Shown here one piece after another: positions 1 to 9,625 of a stretch of 64,000 bases of DNA. The notes below the pieces were generated by a model. The model was not told the origin of the DNA, ran no database searches, and saw only the letters and a list, made by a program, of their open reading frames with translations. The DNA is from Endomicrobiia bacterium (GTDB taxonomy: Bacteria; Elusimicrobiota; Endomicrobiia; DTEH01): contig JBCNUU010000001.1 of assembly GCA_039630545.1 (NCBI GenBank), positions 60,052-124,051 of the forward strand, written 5' to 3'. The position numbers were made by a program, and so were the translations under genes. The stretch's first letter is position 1. The number at the start of each line of letters is the position of its first letter.

Positions 1-569
1 CTAATTTGACATTTGGACCTCCTTTAATAAAGTCTTTAAGAAATCATACTAAGGTTTTTTTTAATGTTCATTTAATGATAGAAAATCCTCAAAATTATAT
101 CTCAGATTACATTAATGCAGGAGCTGATCTTATAGTTTTTCATTATGAGAGTGTTAAAAAAAGAATTATCAGTCAAATAATAGGAGATATCAAAAAATCT
201 AAAATTTTTTGTGGGATCGCTATCAAACCAGCTACTCCCATAAAAGTTTTATTTCCATTTTTAAATATTATAGATTTAGTTTTAATAATGACAGTAGAGC
301 CAGGTTTTGGAGGTCAAAAAATAATAAAAAGCTGTATCTCCAAAATTAGTTTGCTAAAAAACTATAAAGAAGCTAATAACTTAGATTTCATTATTTCTTG
401 TGATGGAGGAATAAATGAGCATAATCTAAAAGAGATACTAGATTTAGGATGCGAAATCCCCGTGATGGGACATGCGATTTTTAGTTCTTCTGATTATGTT
501 AAAAAAGTAAAAATTTTACAGAGATTGACAAATAGTTTAAAATTTCATAAATATACTAAAAATGAATGA
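1..569 (+). CDS. rpe: ribulose-phosphate 3-epimerase, 5'-truncated by window edge
   Basis: ORF 6..569 translation (FGPP..., VEPGFGGQK, DGGIN) matches the C-terminal three quarters of Rpe TIM-barrel; true N-terminus must lie upstream of position 1. Confidence 0.8.
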   Translation, partial: NLTFGPPLIKSLRNHTKVFFNVHLMIENPQNYISDYINAGADLIVFHYESVKKRIISQIIGDIKKSKIFCGIAIKPATPIKVLFPFLNIIDLVLIMTVEPGFGGQKIIKSCISKISLLKNYKEANNLDFIISCDGGINEHNLKEILDLGCEIPVMGHAIFSSSDYVKKVKILQRLTNSLKFHKYTKNE

Positions 570-1335
570 GTTATTTTTAGTGTTACAAAAATTAGTGAAA
601 CTTCAAAAGTATGATGAAGAATTAAGGCTATTAGATGAAGAAATTAATACTATTCCTTTGGAAATAAAAAGTCAAGAAAATCTGCTCTTAGAAGAGCAGA
701 AAACAAAAGATGAAATAAAAGAAAGAATTAAAAAAAATCAAGTAGAAATAAAAGAAAAAGAAATAGAAATTCAATCTATAGAACAACAAATTAAAAAGCA
801 CATCCAGGAACTTAATTCCGTAAAAACAAATGAACAATATCGTGCTTTGCTTTCCGAAATAGAAAAATTAAATGCCCAAAAAGACGCAATAGAAACAGAA
901 GTTCTGATTTTAATGGAAGAATTGGATAAAGAAAACAAAGAGTTGAAAAAAGAAGAAGAAAAATTGGATAAGATTAAGAATTTAGCAGAACAAAAAATTA
1001 AAGAATTAAAAGAGTTACAACAACAATTAAAACAGAAATTTGATTTAAAACTTAAAGAAAGAGAAGAATTTGCTTCTACCATAGAGAAAAAATATTTGGA
1101 TATATATAATAATATATCTTCAAAAAAAGAAAATGCATTATCTGCTGTAAATTTTAGTGACAATACTTGTGAAAAATGCAATATGGCTATTACTAAGCAA
1201 GAAATAAACGAGATTAAAAAATACGAAGAGTTTGTATTTTGTAGTTCTTGTTCTCGGATACTTTATATAGCTGAAGATATAAAAAATATACAACAAAATA
1301 CAGAAGAAGGCATCGCTTTACCTCAGTTGAGGTAA
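562..1335 (+). CDS. coiled-coil protein with C-terminal C4-type zinc ribbon (zf-RING_7 / COG1579-like)
   Basis: Long K/E-rich heptad-like N-terminal region followed by CEKC...CSSC zinc ribbon; last ~14 codons overlap the 5' end of rnpB so true stop may differ. Confidence 0.6.
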   Translation: MNELFLVLQKLVKLQKYDEELRLLDEEINTIPLEIKSQENLLLEEQKTKDEIKERIKKNQVEIKEKEIEIQSIEQQIKKHIQELNSVKTNEQYRALLSEIEKLNAQKDAIETEVLILMEELDKENKELKKEEEKLDKIKNLAEQKIKELKELQQQLKQKFDLKLKEREEFASTIEKKYLDIYNNISSKKENALSAVNFSDNTCEKCNMAITKQEINEIKKYEEFVFCSSCSRILYIAEDIKNIQQNTEEGIALPQLR

Positions 1336-1724
1336 AGAGGAAAGTCCAATTTTCCTACCTGGCAGAATTTTCTGCCAGGTAAAAAATGCAGTTAGCGAGG
1401 GTAGGGCGTTTTATGGAAATTTTTTAGACCATAAAATCTCTACCTGAAGCTAACCGCTACTTTCTTTAAAAGAAAGTAGCAGAGGTGCGAACAGAGACGC
1501 ACTTACCCGTAAGGGTAAGTGGGTTCTATATTAAAGAGAAATTCTCTTTAATATAGGACTAGTCCTAACAAAATTCTTTCTTTAAAGAAAGAATTGAGTT
1601 AGGGGTGAAACGGCTAAATCCTTGCAGGAAACAAGGCCAAAAATATGGTGGGCCGCAGTAGACGAATGATGCCGTCTCGCTTAATAGCGAGATACAGAAA
1701 TTGGCTTACTTCTGTATTTTGTTG
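1292..1724 (+). ncRNA. rnpB: RNase P RNA (bacterial type A-like)
   Basis: GGAAAGUCC P4 motif at 1338-1347; P3 hairpin TTTACCTCA/TGAGGTAAA at 1317-1337; P1 pairing CAAAATACAGAAG (1294-1306) with CTTCTGTATTTTG (1709-1721); 3' region ACAGAAAUUGGCUUAC resembles conserved ACAGAACCCGGCUUA; GGGUGAAACGG block at 1602-1612. Confidence 0.85.
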
Positions 1725-1742
1725 TAAGAAATATATTGATAC

Positions 1743-2825
1743 ATGAATCTATTTACAGCAAAAAAAGTTGTAGGGTTAGACATAGGTTCCAAATGTATAA
1801 AAGTAGTTGCTTTAAACAAAAAAATTGATAGATATCGGTTAATGAGTTGGGAAGTAGCAGATTTACCTGATGAAATAGTTTCTATAGAAACTCCCCATGA
1901 AAAAAGAAATCCCATAATAATAGAAATTATAAAAGATATTTTTTCAAGAAACAAAAAACTATCAAAAAAAGTTAATATATCTGTATCAGGCCCTTCAGTA
2001 ATAATAAGATATATAAAACTTCCTATAATGACAAAAGAAGAACTCTCAAAATCTATTTTGTTAGAAGTAGAACCTTTTATTCCATTCCCTTTGTCTGAAA
2101 TATACTTGGGTTTTGATGTAATAGGAGAAGTGGTAGATGAAGGTGTAAAAAAAAATGAAGTTGTAATAGCGGCAGCTAAAAAAGAAATAGTTGATGCTAA
2201 ACTTGACATTTTAAGACAGCTTAAATTTACACCTAAATTTATAGATGTGGATGCCTTCGTATTAGAGAGAGTTATTGGATATAATTATGATATAAATAAT
2301 GATGTAGTATGTGTGATTAACATTGGAGCTAATGTCACGAATGTGAATATTATAGAAAACGGTATAACTAAAGTGTGTAGAGATTTATCATTAGGTATGT
2401 ACTATATTATAAACGAGATAAAAAAGACTACACAATTACAAAATAAAGATATTCTTAAATATTTAAAAACAGATGGTCTGATTTTAAATGAACAAAAAAA
2501 AGAGGAATATATCTTACAGGATAAAAAGTTAGAATTAAATATCTCAAAAATTTTACTCTCTTTGTTAAAAGAGATTGTAACCGAGGTAAGAAAAATTATA
2601 GATTTTTACTATTTTCAAAAAGGTGAACAAAAACCAATTTCAAAGATTTTCTTAAATGGTGGTGGATGTGTTATAAATGAATTGGTTAGTTATTTTAATA
2701 GTGAATTTAAGATAGATGTTGAAATTTTAGATCCTTTCAAAAAAATAGATAATGCTGAAGATGTGCCTGAAGAAGTTAGACCAGTTTTAAGTACTGCCGT
2801 AGGTTTAGCGATGAGGCAAACATGA
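1743..2825 (+). CDS. pilM: type IV pilus assembly ATPase-fold protein PilM
   Basis: N-terminal VVGLDIGSKCIKVVAL actin-like fold motif, 360 aa, first gene of pilMNOPQ order. Confidence 0.8.
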   Translation: MNLFTAKKVVGLDIGSKCIKVVALNKKIDRYRLMSWEVADLPDEIVSIETPHEKRNPIIIEIIKDIFSRNKKLSKKVNISVSGPSVIIRYIKLPIMTKEELSKSILLEVEPFIPFPLSEIYLGFDVIGEVVDEGVKKNEVVIAAAKKEIVDAKLDILRQLKFTPKFIDVDAFVLERVIGYNYDINNDVVCVINIGANVTNVNIIENGITKVCRDLSLGMYYIINEIKKTTQLQNKDILKYLKTDGLILNEQKKEEYILQDKKLELNISKILLSLLKEIVTEVRKIIDFYYFQKGEQKPISKIFLNGGGCVINELVSYFNSEFKIDVEILDPFKKIDNAEDVPEEVRPVLSTAVGLAMRQT

Positions 2826-3400
2826 TAAGTATTAATCTTTTACCAAAAGAAATAGAAGAATACCAAAAGTTTAAAGAGTTGGTAAGTTTAGTTAGTGTAG
2901 GAGTAATTTTTGTTGGAGTTATAATGTTTGTGTTTTATTTTTTACGTGTTTCTAAGCTTACAATGTTGAATTTTGAGTTGTCCAGAATAGAACATAAACT
3001 TAAACAACTTGAAGATGTTGTAAAGAAAGTTGAAGAACTAAAAGCTACAAAAAGAAATCTTGAAGCGAAAAAACAATTAGTAGAGCGTTTGTTATCTAAT
3101 GGGTTGATTTATCCAAAATTTATGACAGAGTTGTTGAAGGTTTTACCTGATGGCATATGGTTTTCCAATATGAATACAACTTTGGTTACTAATCCCGCTG
3201 ATCCTGAAAAAAAAATTACAGGTATAAAAGTAAATTTAACATGTTTTTCTTACGATAAGTTTTCTATTGCAGATTTTTTAGATAATCTTGAAAATTCAGA
3301 AAAATTTACAAATGTAGTTTTGGGCCCTATTAACATATCTCAGCAGGATAAATATGAGCTGCATAATTTTATAGTTGAATTTAGTTATAAAGTTGAATAA
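2822..3400 (+). CDS. pilN: type IV pilus assembly protein PilN
   Basis: Single N-terminal TM then coiled-coil, 192 aa, overlaps pilM stop by 4 nt; position in operon. Confidence 0.65.
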   Translation: MISINLLPKEIEEYQKFKELVSLVSVGVIFVGVIMFVFYFLRVSKLTMLNFELSRIEHKLKQLEDVVKKVEELKATKRNLEAKKQLVERLLSNGLIYPKFMTELLKVLPDGIWFSNMNTTLVTNPADPEKKITGIKVNLTCFSYDKFSIADFLDNLENSEKFTNVVLGPINISQQDKYELHNFIVEFSYKVE

Positions 3401-3406
3401 TTATAT

Positions 3407-3955
3407 ATGAAAAAACAACAGCAAACACTGATAGGAATTATTGTAGCATTTGGAATATTTGTTCTTTTTTACTTTAGAGTGTTACTACTACCTCTAAACA
3501 AAAAAATATCAGAAAAAATAAGATTAATAGGTGAAAAAAATAAAAAACTACAGGAAGCAATACTTCTTCAAGAAAGTTTACCTTTATTACAACAACAAAC
3601 TGAAGCTTTAAAAATTCAAGTTGCTGATCTGGAAAAAAAATTGCCTAACAAACCTGATATTCCCGAACTAATTAAAATTATAAGTAGAGTTTCTTCTTAC
3701 TATAATATAAAAATCTCAAATATTACTACTAAAGAAATGGATACATCTGCTAAAGATTATAATGAAATCCCTTTTAGTATCAGTTTTACTACTAATTATC
3801 ATAATTTAGCACAATTTTTAGCAAGTATTGCTCAGGAAAAAAGAATTTTTGCAGCTAGGGATTTAGTATTAACATATTCTGCTGGAAGTTCTGCTGGAAG
3901 TAAAGATAATTATTTAAATATAAGCGGGGTTATTTTTTCTTATGTTCTTAAATAG
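3407..3955 (+). CDS. pilO: type IV pilus assembly protein PilO
   Basis: N-terminal TM, coiled coil, 182 aa, position between pilN and pilP. Confidence 0.6.
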   Translation: MKKQQQTLIGIIVAFGIFVLFYFRVLLLPLNKKISEKIRLIGEKNKKLQEAILLQESLPLLQQQTEALKIQVADLEKKLPNKPDIPELIKIISRVSSYYNIKISNITTKEMDTSAKDYNEIPFSISFTTNYHNLAQFLASIAQEKRIFAARDLVLTYSAGSSAGSKDNYLNISGVIFSYVLK

Positions 3956-3964
3956 GATAAAAAA

Positions 3965-4453
3965 ATGAGATTAGTTTTAATAACAATTTTATTATTTTTT
4001 TCCTGCAAAAAAGATACTAAAAAAGTAGAACCTTCACAGTTCAGACAGCTTCCTGTAAAAATAGAAACAAAAGAAATTACTACTGTAACTGGTTTAGACA
4101 CAATACCTTCAAAATATGTATATGAAGGTTTATCATATCGAGATCCATTTGTGCCAATTTCTCCAGAAAAAATAGCAAAATCATCTCTTTTTTCGACTGG
4201 AGAGGCCAAAATTCCTTCCCTAGGAATTTTGCAATTAAAAGGTTTTATAGTTGACAAAAAAGAACAATTGGCCTTATTTAGTAGTCCATATGGAAGATAT
4301 ATTCTTTATAATGGTAAACTTTATGATAACCAAAACAGGTTAGTTAGAGGTTTTAGTGGAAAAATAATTTTTAATAAGAATACAAAACAACCTGAAGGTG
4401 TAATCTTAATAGATGAAAATGATGAATATAAAGAATATGTATTATCCAGATAA
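3965..4453 (+). CDS. PilP-like pilus assembly lipoprotein
   Basis: Lipobox LLFFSC, conserved RDPF motif typical of PilP, position immediately upstream of the secretin. Confidence 0.55.
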   Translation: MRLVLITILLFFSCKKDTKKVEPSQFRQLPVKIETKEITTVTGLDTIPSKYVYEGLSYRDPFVPISPEKIAKSSLFSTGEAKIPSLGILQLKGFIVDKKEQLALFSSPYGRYILYNGKLYDNQNRLVRGFSGKIIFNKNTKQPEGVILIDENDEYKEYVLSR

Positions 4454-4481
4454 TTTTTTAAAAATAATTTTTGGAGGAAAT

Positions 4482-6374
4482 ATGAAGATATTACTTGTTT
4501 TTACATTGTTTTTTATTCTTACTGTATCTAAAGGAAATAGTCAAACTGATAACTTAACATTATCACAGAAGGAAGCGCTACAAGAAATAACAGAGGTAAC
4601 AGATATAATTGTCTCTGAGCAATTAGTAACTGTGGTATGTAGTACTGTTCCGAAATTTTCAAAATTCTACCTGGATTCTCCACCCAGGGTTGTTGTGGAT
4701 ATAAAAGGAATATTAAAATTTGAAAAAGAGGAAGTTTTAGTTACCAGCAGTTATATTAAAAGGGTAAGAGTAAAACAATTTAAAACAGAACCAGAAAAAG
4801 TAGTAAGGGTTGTGTTAGATTTAATTAAAAAATATCCATATAAAGTGGAAACTAAAAACTATAATATCCTTGTAAGTGTTATTCCGCCTGTAATGAAGGT
4901 AGTAAAGCAAGAATCTCCTTCACAGCAAAAATTTAAACAGGAAGTTCCTTCGGAAGAAGAAGAGGTGAGTAGCCAGGTTATAGAAGAGACTTCTTCAGTA
5001 CAACCTTCTGTTTCTCAACAAGAAAAAATTTTACAACCGCAGCAGAAGACAAAAGCTTTAACACAGAAAAAAAATTCTACAAAAAAAGAAGAAATATTAG
5101 AAAAAAAGCCATCTTTACCTAAGGTGATGGTCACTTTAGAATGTGTAGATGCGGATATAACTGATGTTTTACAAATGCTGGCGATAAAAGCTGATGTGAA
5201 TATAATCTATGGGCCAGATGTTACCGGAAAGATTACTATAAGTTTAAGAAACGTTCCATTTGATAAAGCTTTTGAAAATATATTAAGAATTAGTAAACTT
5301 GCTTATATTCAGGTAGCTGAAAATGTAATAAGAGTTGGAACTCCTCAGACACTTGAACAAGAAAGAGCTATGCAAGTAGTGTATACTAAAATTTTCCCTT
5401 TAAACTATGCAGTAGCAGATGATGTTAAAATGTACCTTGAACAGATAAGACAGGCAGAAGGAAGAACCAAAGGTATGATTGCTGTAGATAAAAGGACAAA
5501 CTCTTTGATAGTTACAGAAAGCGAAGAGGGTCTGAAGTATATAGAGGAATGGATAAAAAAATTAGATACTAAACCTTATCAGGTTTCTATTGAAGCTCAA
5601 GTGATAGATATCTCTATAGATGATCTGTCAGAACTTGGTGTTCAATGGGGTGTAAGAAGTGTTGAGACTCAGCCTGGTAGCGGAGTTAACTATACATTAG
5701 AACAAGTAGGTGGAGCAGGAGTTACAGTAAGTGAAGTAAATGCCACAGCAAGAGAAGTCCAGTCTTCTATGTTGGTTGCTCCAACAGGAGCTCCTATTGA
5801 AAGTGCTGTATTTTTATTTGGGAAATTTACAGATGCCCTAGCAATTTCAGGAAGGTTAGCTATGCTTATAACACAGGGGAAAGCAAAAGTTTTGTCAAAT
5901 CCAAGAGTTACAACTATGAACAATAAAACAGCAGTTATTATTGCTGGAGAAAAAATTCCTTATAAGTCAGCTGTTACTCAAACTACAACTGGAGCAGGAA
6001 CTGGAGTTGGTCAAACTGTTCAAGAAACCTGGGAATATATTAATGCTGGAATTCAGCTTACAGTTACTCCAACAGTAAGTCCTGATGGATGGATCACTCT
6101 TAATGTTAAGCCTCAAGTGGATATTCCTCAAATTTCAGCACCGGGTGTGCCTCCTACTGTTAAATCCAGACAAACAGAGGTAACAGTGATGGTAAAAAAT
6201 AACGAACCTTTAATAATAGGTGGTCTTATTTCTGATTCAGATATAGACGCCATCAAAAAGATTCCACTATTAGGTGACTTACCTATATTAGGATATCTTT
6301 TTAAATATAAAACATCTACTAAAAGAAGAACAGAACTCATAATTCTCATTACACCCAGAATTATAGAAAATTAA
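4482..6374 (+). CDS. pilQ: type IV pilus secretin PilQ (AMIN + secretin domains)
   Basis: GGAGG RBS 8 nt upstream of ATG 4482 (track ORF starts earlier at 4413 inside pilP); N-terminal AMIN-like region, Ser/Gln/Glu-rich linker, C-terminal secretin motifs (ISDSDIDAIKKIPLLGDLPILGYLF, ILITPRII). Confidence 0.85.
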   Translation: MKILLVFTLFFILTVSKGNSQTDNLTLSQKEALQEITEVTDIIVSEQLVTVVCSTVPKFSKFYLDSPPRVVVDIKGILKFEKEEVLVTSSYIKRVRVKQFKTEPEKVVRVVLDLIKKYPYKVETKNYNILVSVIPPVMKVVKQESPSQQKFKQEVPSEEEEVSSQVIEETSSVQPSVSQQEKILQPQQKTKALTQKKNSTKKEEILEKKPSLPKVMVTLECVDADITDVLQMLAIKADVNIIYGPDVTGKITISLRNVPFDKAFENILRISKLAYIQVAENVIRVGTPQTLEQERAMQVVYTKIFPLNYAVADDVKMYLEQIRQAEGRTKGMIAVDKRTNSLIVTESEEGLKYIEEWIKKLDTKPYQVSIEAQVIDISIDDLSELGVQWGVRSVETQPGSGVNYTLEQVGGAGVTVSEVNATAREVQSSMLVAPTGAPIESAVFLFGKFTDALAISGRLAMLITQGKAKVLSNPRVTTMNNKTAVIIAGEKIPYKSAVTQTTTGAGTGVGQTVQETWEYINAGIQLTVTPTVSPDGWITLNVKPQVDIPQISAPGVPPTVKSRQTEVTVMVKNNEPLIIGGLISDSDIDAIKKIPLLGDLPILGYLFKYKTSTKRRTELIILITPRIIEN

Positions 6375-6425
6375 ATTTTTTCATATCTTTTTTTCAGAAA
6401 TTTTATTTTTAAGTTCTTCTCTTAA

Positions 6426-7892
6426 ATGACAAATTTTAATTTCAAAGATTGTGCTTCGAATTTGAAAAATCTGTTCATTATTTTATTTTTTATAGCTTCC
6501 GTATTTTTATTCAGTAGTGTATCTGCTATTTCTAAATTAATACTTTTTGTAGTTTTGATTTTTATATTTTTTATTAATATTTATATTAAAAAATTCAACT
6601 ATACTTCATTTAACCCGACATTTCTAATTTTTTTAGTATATCTTTTTATTAACACTTTTTTATTTTCAAAAATACCTTCTGAGAGCAAATTTGAACTTTT
6701 GAATTTCCTCTTGTATGGAGCAGTTTTTTATATTTTTTCTGATTTAGAAGATATCAATAAAGATGTTTTGCATTTTAGTTTTTTTTTAGTATTGTCTATT
6801 TTTTTGATGTTATACATTTTTTACAAAGAAAAAGCTATTTATTTTTTTGTATATAATCCTAATGTTTTTTCTGGATGGTGTATATTAGTATTTTTATTTT
6901 CGTTGGTTAATATTGTGTATAGTATTCCTTCAAAATTTGTAATTTTTTTGAAATTTAACTTAATAGCTTCATTTGTATTTTTAATTTTATTAAGAAACAT
7001 TTCAGGAATATTTGTGTCTTTAATTTTTTTAAATTTTTTGTTTTTTAAGAAATGGAGTTTGTTTCTTTTAGTTTTGATTTTTGGTTTGTCTTTGGGTGTG
7101 GTTTTTAATTTTACAAGTATTCTGGATAGAATAATTTGGTTTGTGGTGGGTATAAAAATGTGGGTAGATAACCCAGTATTTGGTGCTGGATTAGGGAGTT
7201 TTAAATTTGGGTATCCTTATTATTCTTACAATCTACCTTTATCTTCTTCAGCTACTACGTTTGTTCACAGTTATTTTTTACATATTTTTGTAGAAACAGG
7301 AATTGTAGGTGGATTTTTTTTAATATTTTTTATTTTAAGTGTTTTTATAAAAAGTTTTAATTTTATAGAAAGTAGAATTTACCTTTTGCCTGCTTTAGGG
7401 ATTCTACTTCAAAATTTAATAGATTATAATCTTTTGATACCACAAAATAGCATAATTTTTTTTTCGTTTTTGGGTTTATCACAAAGACAACATATTATTA
7501 AAGAAAATAAAGCTTTATTTATAAAGAAAATTTTTATGATTGTTTTTTTAATTTTGTTAGGAGTTTATAACTCTTTTTATTTTCATAAAATTATGATATT
7601 AATAAGAAAAAATGATTTTCAAAAGGTAGTTAACATAGATAAAACCTGCTGGTATGCTTATAGAAAGTTAGGTGAAAAAGAATTTCATATAAGAAGTTAC
7701 AAAGAAGCAGAAAAGTATTTTTTAGCTAGTCTAAAATACAATCCGTTTGATGCTGAAAGTTATTTTTACTTATCAGTTATAAGTTTGAAACTTGGACAAG
7801 TCGAGTGGGCTTATAAATATCTTAAAAAGGCAATTAGACTTAACCCTAAAGCATCTGTGAGATATAAAAAAGAGTTAGAAAAAGAAATTTAA
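6426..7892 (+). CDS. O-antigen ligase (Wzy_C)-like polytopic membrane protein with C-terminal TPR repeats
   Basis: Many TM helices, FGAGLGSF Wzy_C-like loop, C-terminal TPR-like repeats (AESYFYLSVISLKLGQVEWAYKYLKKAIRLNP). Confidence 0.55.
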   Translation: MTNFNFKDCASNLKNLFIILFFIASVFLFSSVSAISKLILFVVLIFIFFINIYIKKFNYTSFNPTFLIFLVYLFINTFLFSKIPSESKFELLNFLLYGAVFYIFSDLEDINKDVLHFSFFLVLSIFLMLYIFYKEKAIYFFVYNPNVFSGWCILVFLFSLVNIVYSIPSKFVIFLKFNLIASFVFLILLRNISGIFVSLIFLNFLFFKKWSLFLLVLIFGLSLGVVFNFTSILDRIIWFVVGIKMWVDNPVFGAGLGSFKFGYPYYSYNLPLSSSATTFVHSYFLHIFVETGIVGGFFLIFFILSVFIKSFNFIESRIYLLPALGILLQNLIDYNLLIPQNSIIFFSFLGLSQRQHIIKENKALFIKKIFMIVFLILLGVYNSFYFHKIMILIRKNDFQKVVNIDKTCWYAYRKLGEKEFHIRSYKEAEKYFLASLKYNPFDAESYFYLSVISLKLGQVEWAYKYLKKAIRLNPKASVRYKKELEKEI

Positions 7893-7895
7893 AAG

Positions 7896-8630
7896 ATGAA
7901 CTATTTTTTACTTTGTGCATATAACGAGTCAAAAAATATAACTGAAGTCATAAAAAGTATAAAAGAAAATTTTAAACATGAAAATAAAATAGTAATAGTA
8001 AACGATGGTTCCAGTGATGATACAGAAATACAAATAAGAAAATGCTTACAGAAATACAAAGATATAATTTTGCTAACTCATAAAAAAAATCTTGGATTAG
8101 GTAAAGCTTTAAAGACAGGTTTTATGTTTATTTTAAAAAGTAGGATGAAAGACGAAGATACTATTATAACTTTAGATGCTGACAACACCCATCCTGTAGA
8201 AATTGCAAACTTAATGATGGAAAAATTTTTAATGGGCTACGATTTAGTTATAGCATCAAGATTTGTTAAGAATGCAAAACAACAAGGGGTACCATTTTTT
8301 AGAAAGTTATTGTCTTTGATGGCAAGGTTTATTTTTAAATATTTCTTTTATCACCCTTTAGTTAAAGATTATACATCAGGATATCGACTTTATGGAGGAA
8401 AAATTTTAAACAGAGCTTATGCTTATTATAGAGAAAATCTTATCAAAGAAAAAGATTTTGTGGTGCAGTTAGAAATTTTAATAAAACTTTTGAAATTTAA
8501 ACCAAAAGTTTATGAAGTGCCTATTGATATTAAATACTTTTTAAAATATGGAAAAAGTAAATTAAAAATAGTAAAAAACATTATCTCTTATTTAAATTTT
8601 ATAATCACATATTTTGCCAAAAATTTATGA
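7896..8630 (+). CDS. family 2 glycosyltransferase (polyprenyl-phosphate sugar synthase-like)
   Basis: GT2 motifs: IVIVNDGSSDDT, TLDADNTHP (DXD), 244 aa. Confidence 0.7.
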   Translation: MNYFLLCAYNESKNITEVIKSIKENFKHENKIVIVNDGSSDDTEIQIRKCLQKYKDIILLTHKKNLGLGKALKTGFMFILKSRMKDEDTIITLDADNTHPVEIANLMMEKFLMGYDLVIASRFVKNAKQQGVPFFRKLLSLMARFIFKYFFYHPLVKDYTSGYRLYGGKILNRAYAYYRENLIKEKDFVVQLEILIKLLKFKPKVYEVPIDIKYFLKYGKSKLKIVKNIISYLNFIITYFAKNL

Positions 8631-9625
8631 AAAACAGAAACTCTTATACTGTTGGAATAGACATAGGTGGTACAACCACAAAAATCGGATTAGTTTTATA
8701 CAAAAACAAAAATTTTATTTTAGAAAAATATAAAGAAATCACTACTTTATGTGGAGAAAGAAATTTAGAAAAGATGCTAGAAATATTAGCTAATGAGATT
8801 AATAAATTCAAAAATGTTTCTGCTTGTGGAGTAGGTATGGCTGCATTAATCAGAGTTAAAGATGGGATAATTATAAATGCTCCAAATGTTCTGTGGACAA
8901 AAGTAAATCTTAAGAAGAAACTTTATGAAAAAATAAAACTACCTGTGATAATCGAAAATGATGCAAATGTAGCTACATTAGGTATATATAATGCTATAAT
9001 AAAAAAGAAATACCCTGAAGTTAAAAACCTTGTGTGTTTTACTTTAGGTACAGGTATAGGTGGAGGAATAATAATAAATGGAAAATTACTTGAAGGGACT
9101 TCAGCTACCGCTGCTGAAATTGGACACTGCATAATAGATATAAACGGTAAAAAATGTGGATGTGGAAGCTATGGCTGTGTTGAAAGATATATAGGAGCTA
9201 GGTGGTTTATAGAAGAAGTTATCCACCTACTTAAAAAAACAAAACCATCCACTATTTTGTATAAGATGGTGAATAATGATTTTACTTTGATTACTCCCAA
9301 AATATTATATGAAGCTGCACAAAAAAAAGATAAATTTTCTTTAGAACAATGGAAGAAATTCGGAGAATATTTAGGAGTAGCAGTTAGTAACTTGATAAAT
9401 ATATTAAACCCAGAAATGATCGTTTTTACAGGTGGAGTTGCTAAAGCAAATAAGTTTTTTTTACCTTACCTCAAAGAAAAAGTAAAATCGTCTTTTTGGC
9501 CTGTAATTTCTGGAAGCAAATATTCGCCTTTAAAGTATATAAAATATGTAACTGTAGCTGACAAAAAGATATATGGAGTTTTGGGTGCAGGAATTTTAGC
9601 TCATGAAAGTTTTCTCTCCTTATAA
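8627..9625 (+). CDS. ROK family glucokinase
   Basis: GIDIGGTTTKIGLV N-terminal ATP motif, ROK zinc motif GHCIIDINGKKCGCGSYGCVE. Confidence 0.8.
   Translation: MKNRNSYTVGIDIGGTTTKIGLVLYKNKNFILEKYKEITTLCGERNLEKMLEILANEINKFKNVSACGVGMAALIRVKDGIIINAPNVLWTKVNLKKKLYEKIKLPVIIENDANVATLGIYNAIIKKKYPEVKNLVCFTLGTGIGGGIIINGKLLEGTSATAAEIGHCIIDINGKKCGCGSYGCVERYIGARWFIEEVIHLLKKTKPSTILYKMVNNDFTLITPKILYEAAQKKDKFSLEQWKKFGEYLGVAVSNLINILNPEMIVFTGGVAKANKFFLPYLKEKVKSSFWPVISGSKYSPLKYIKYVTVADKKIYGVLGAGILAHESFLSL

Noticed and set aside
771-1181. Antisense ORFs inside better-supported genes (771..1181-, 1706..2209-, 3940..4257-, 5690..5923-, 6128..6349-, 8923..9132-, 11936..12130-, 13456..13644-, 17589..17792-, 20018..20524-, 22799..23002-, 23151..23357-, 26024..26266+, 26356..26670+, 27613..27870+, 28388..28708+, 30844..31041-, 31101..31418-, 34339..34698-, 37574..37789-, 39297..39769-, 44339..44521-, 45757..46095-, 48237..48479-, 49557..49891-, 51504..52194-, 53948..54600-, 56390..57097-, 59306..59578-, 60699..60896-, 62485..62676-)
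   Set aside because: Each lies entirely within a longer ORF on the other strand that has recognisable conserved motifs; translations are low-complexity (S/F/L/K-rich) as expected from AT-rich antisense frames.
4413-4481. Track start 4413 for pilQ, 15828 for leuA, 40997 for wzt, 46887 for GT4, 29942 (TTG) for rex
   Set aside because: Internal ATGs at 4482, 15873, 41018, 46899 and 29906 have RBS-like purine runs or ATGA coupling and remove overlap with the upstream gene; N-termini then match family expectations.
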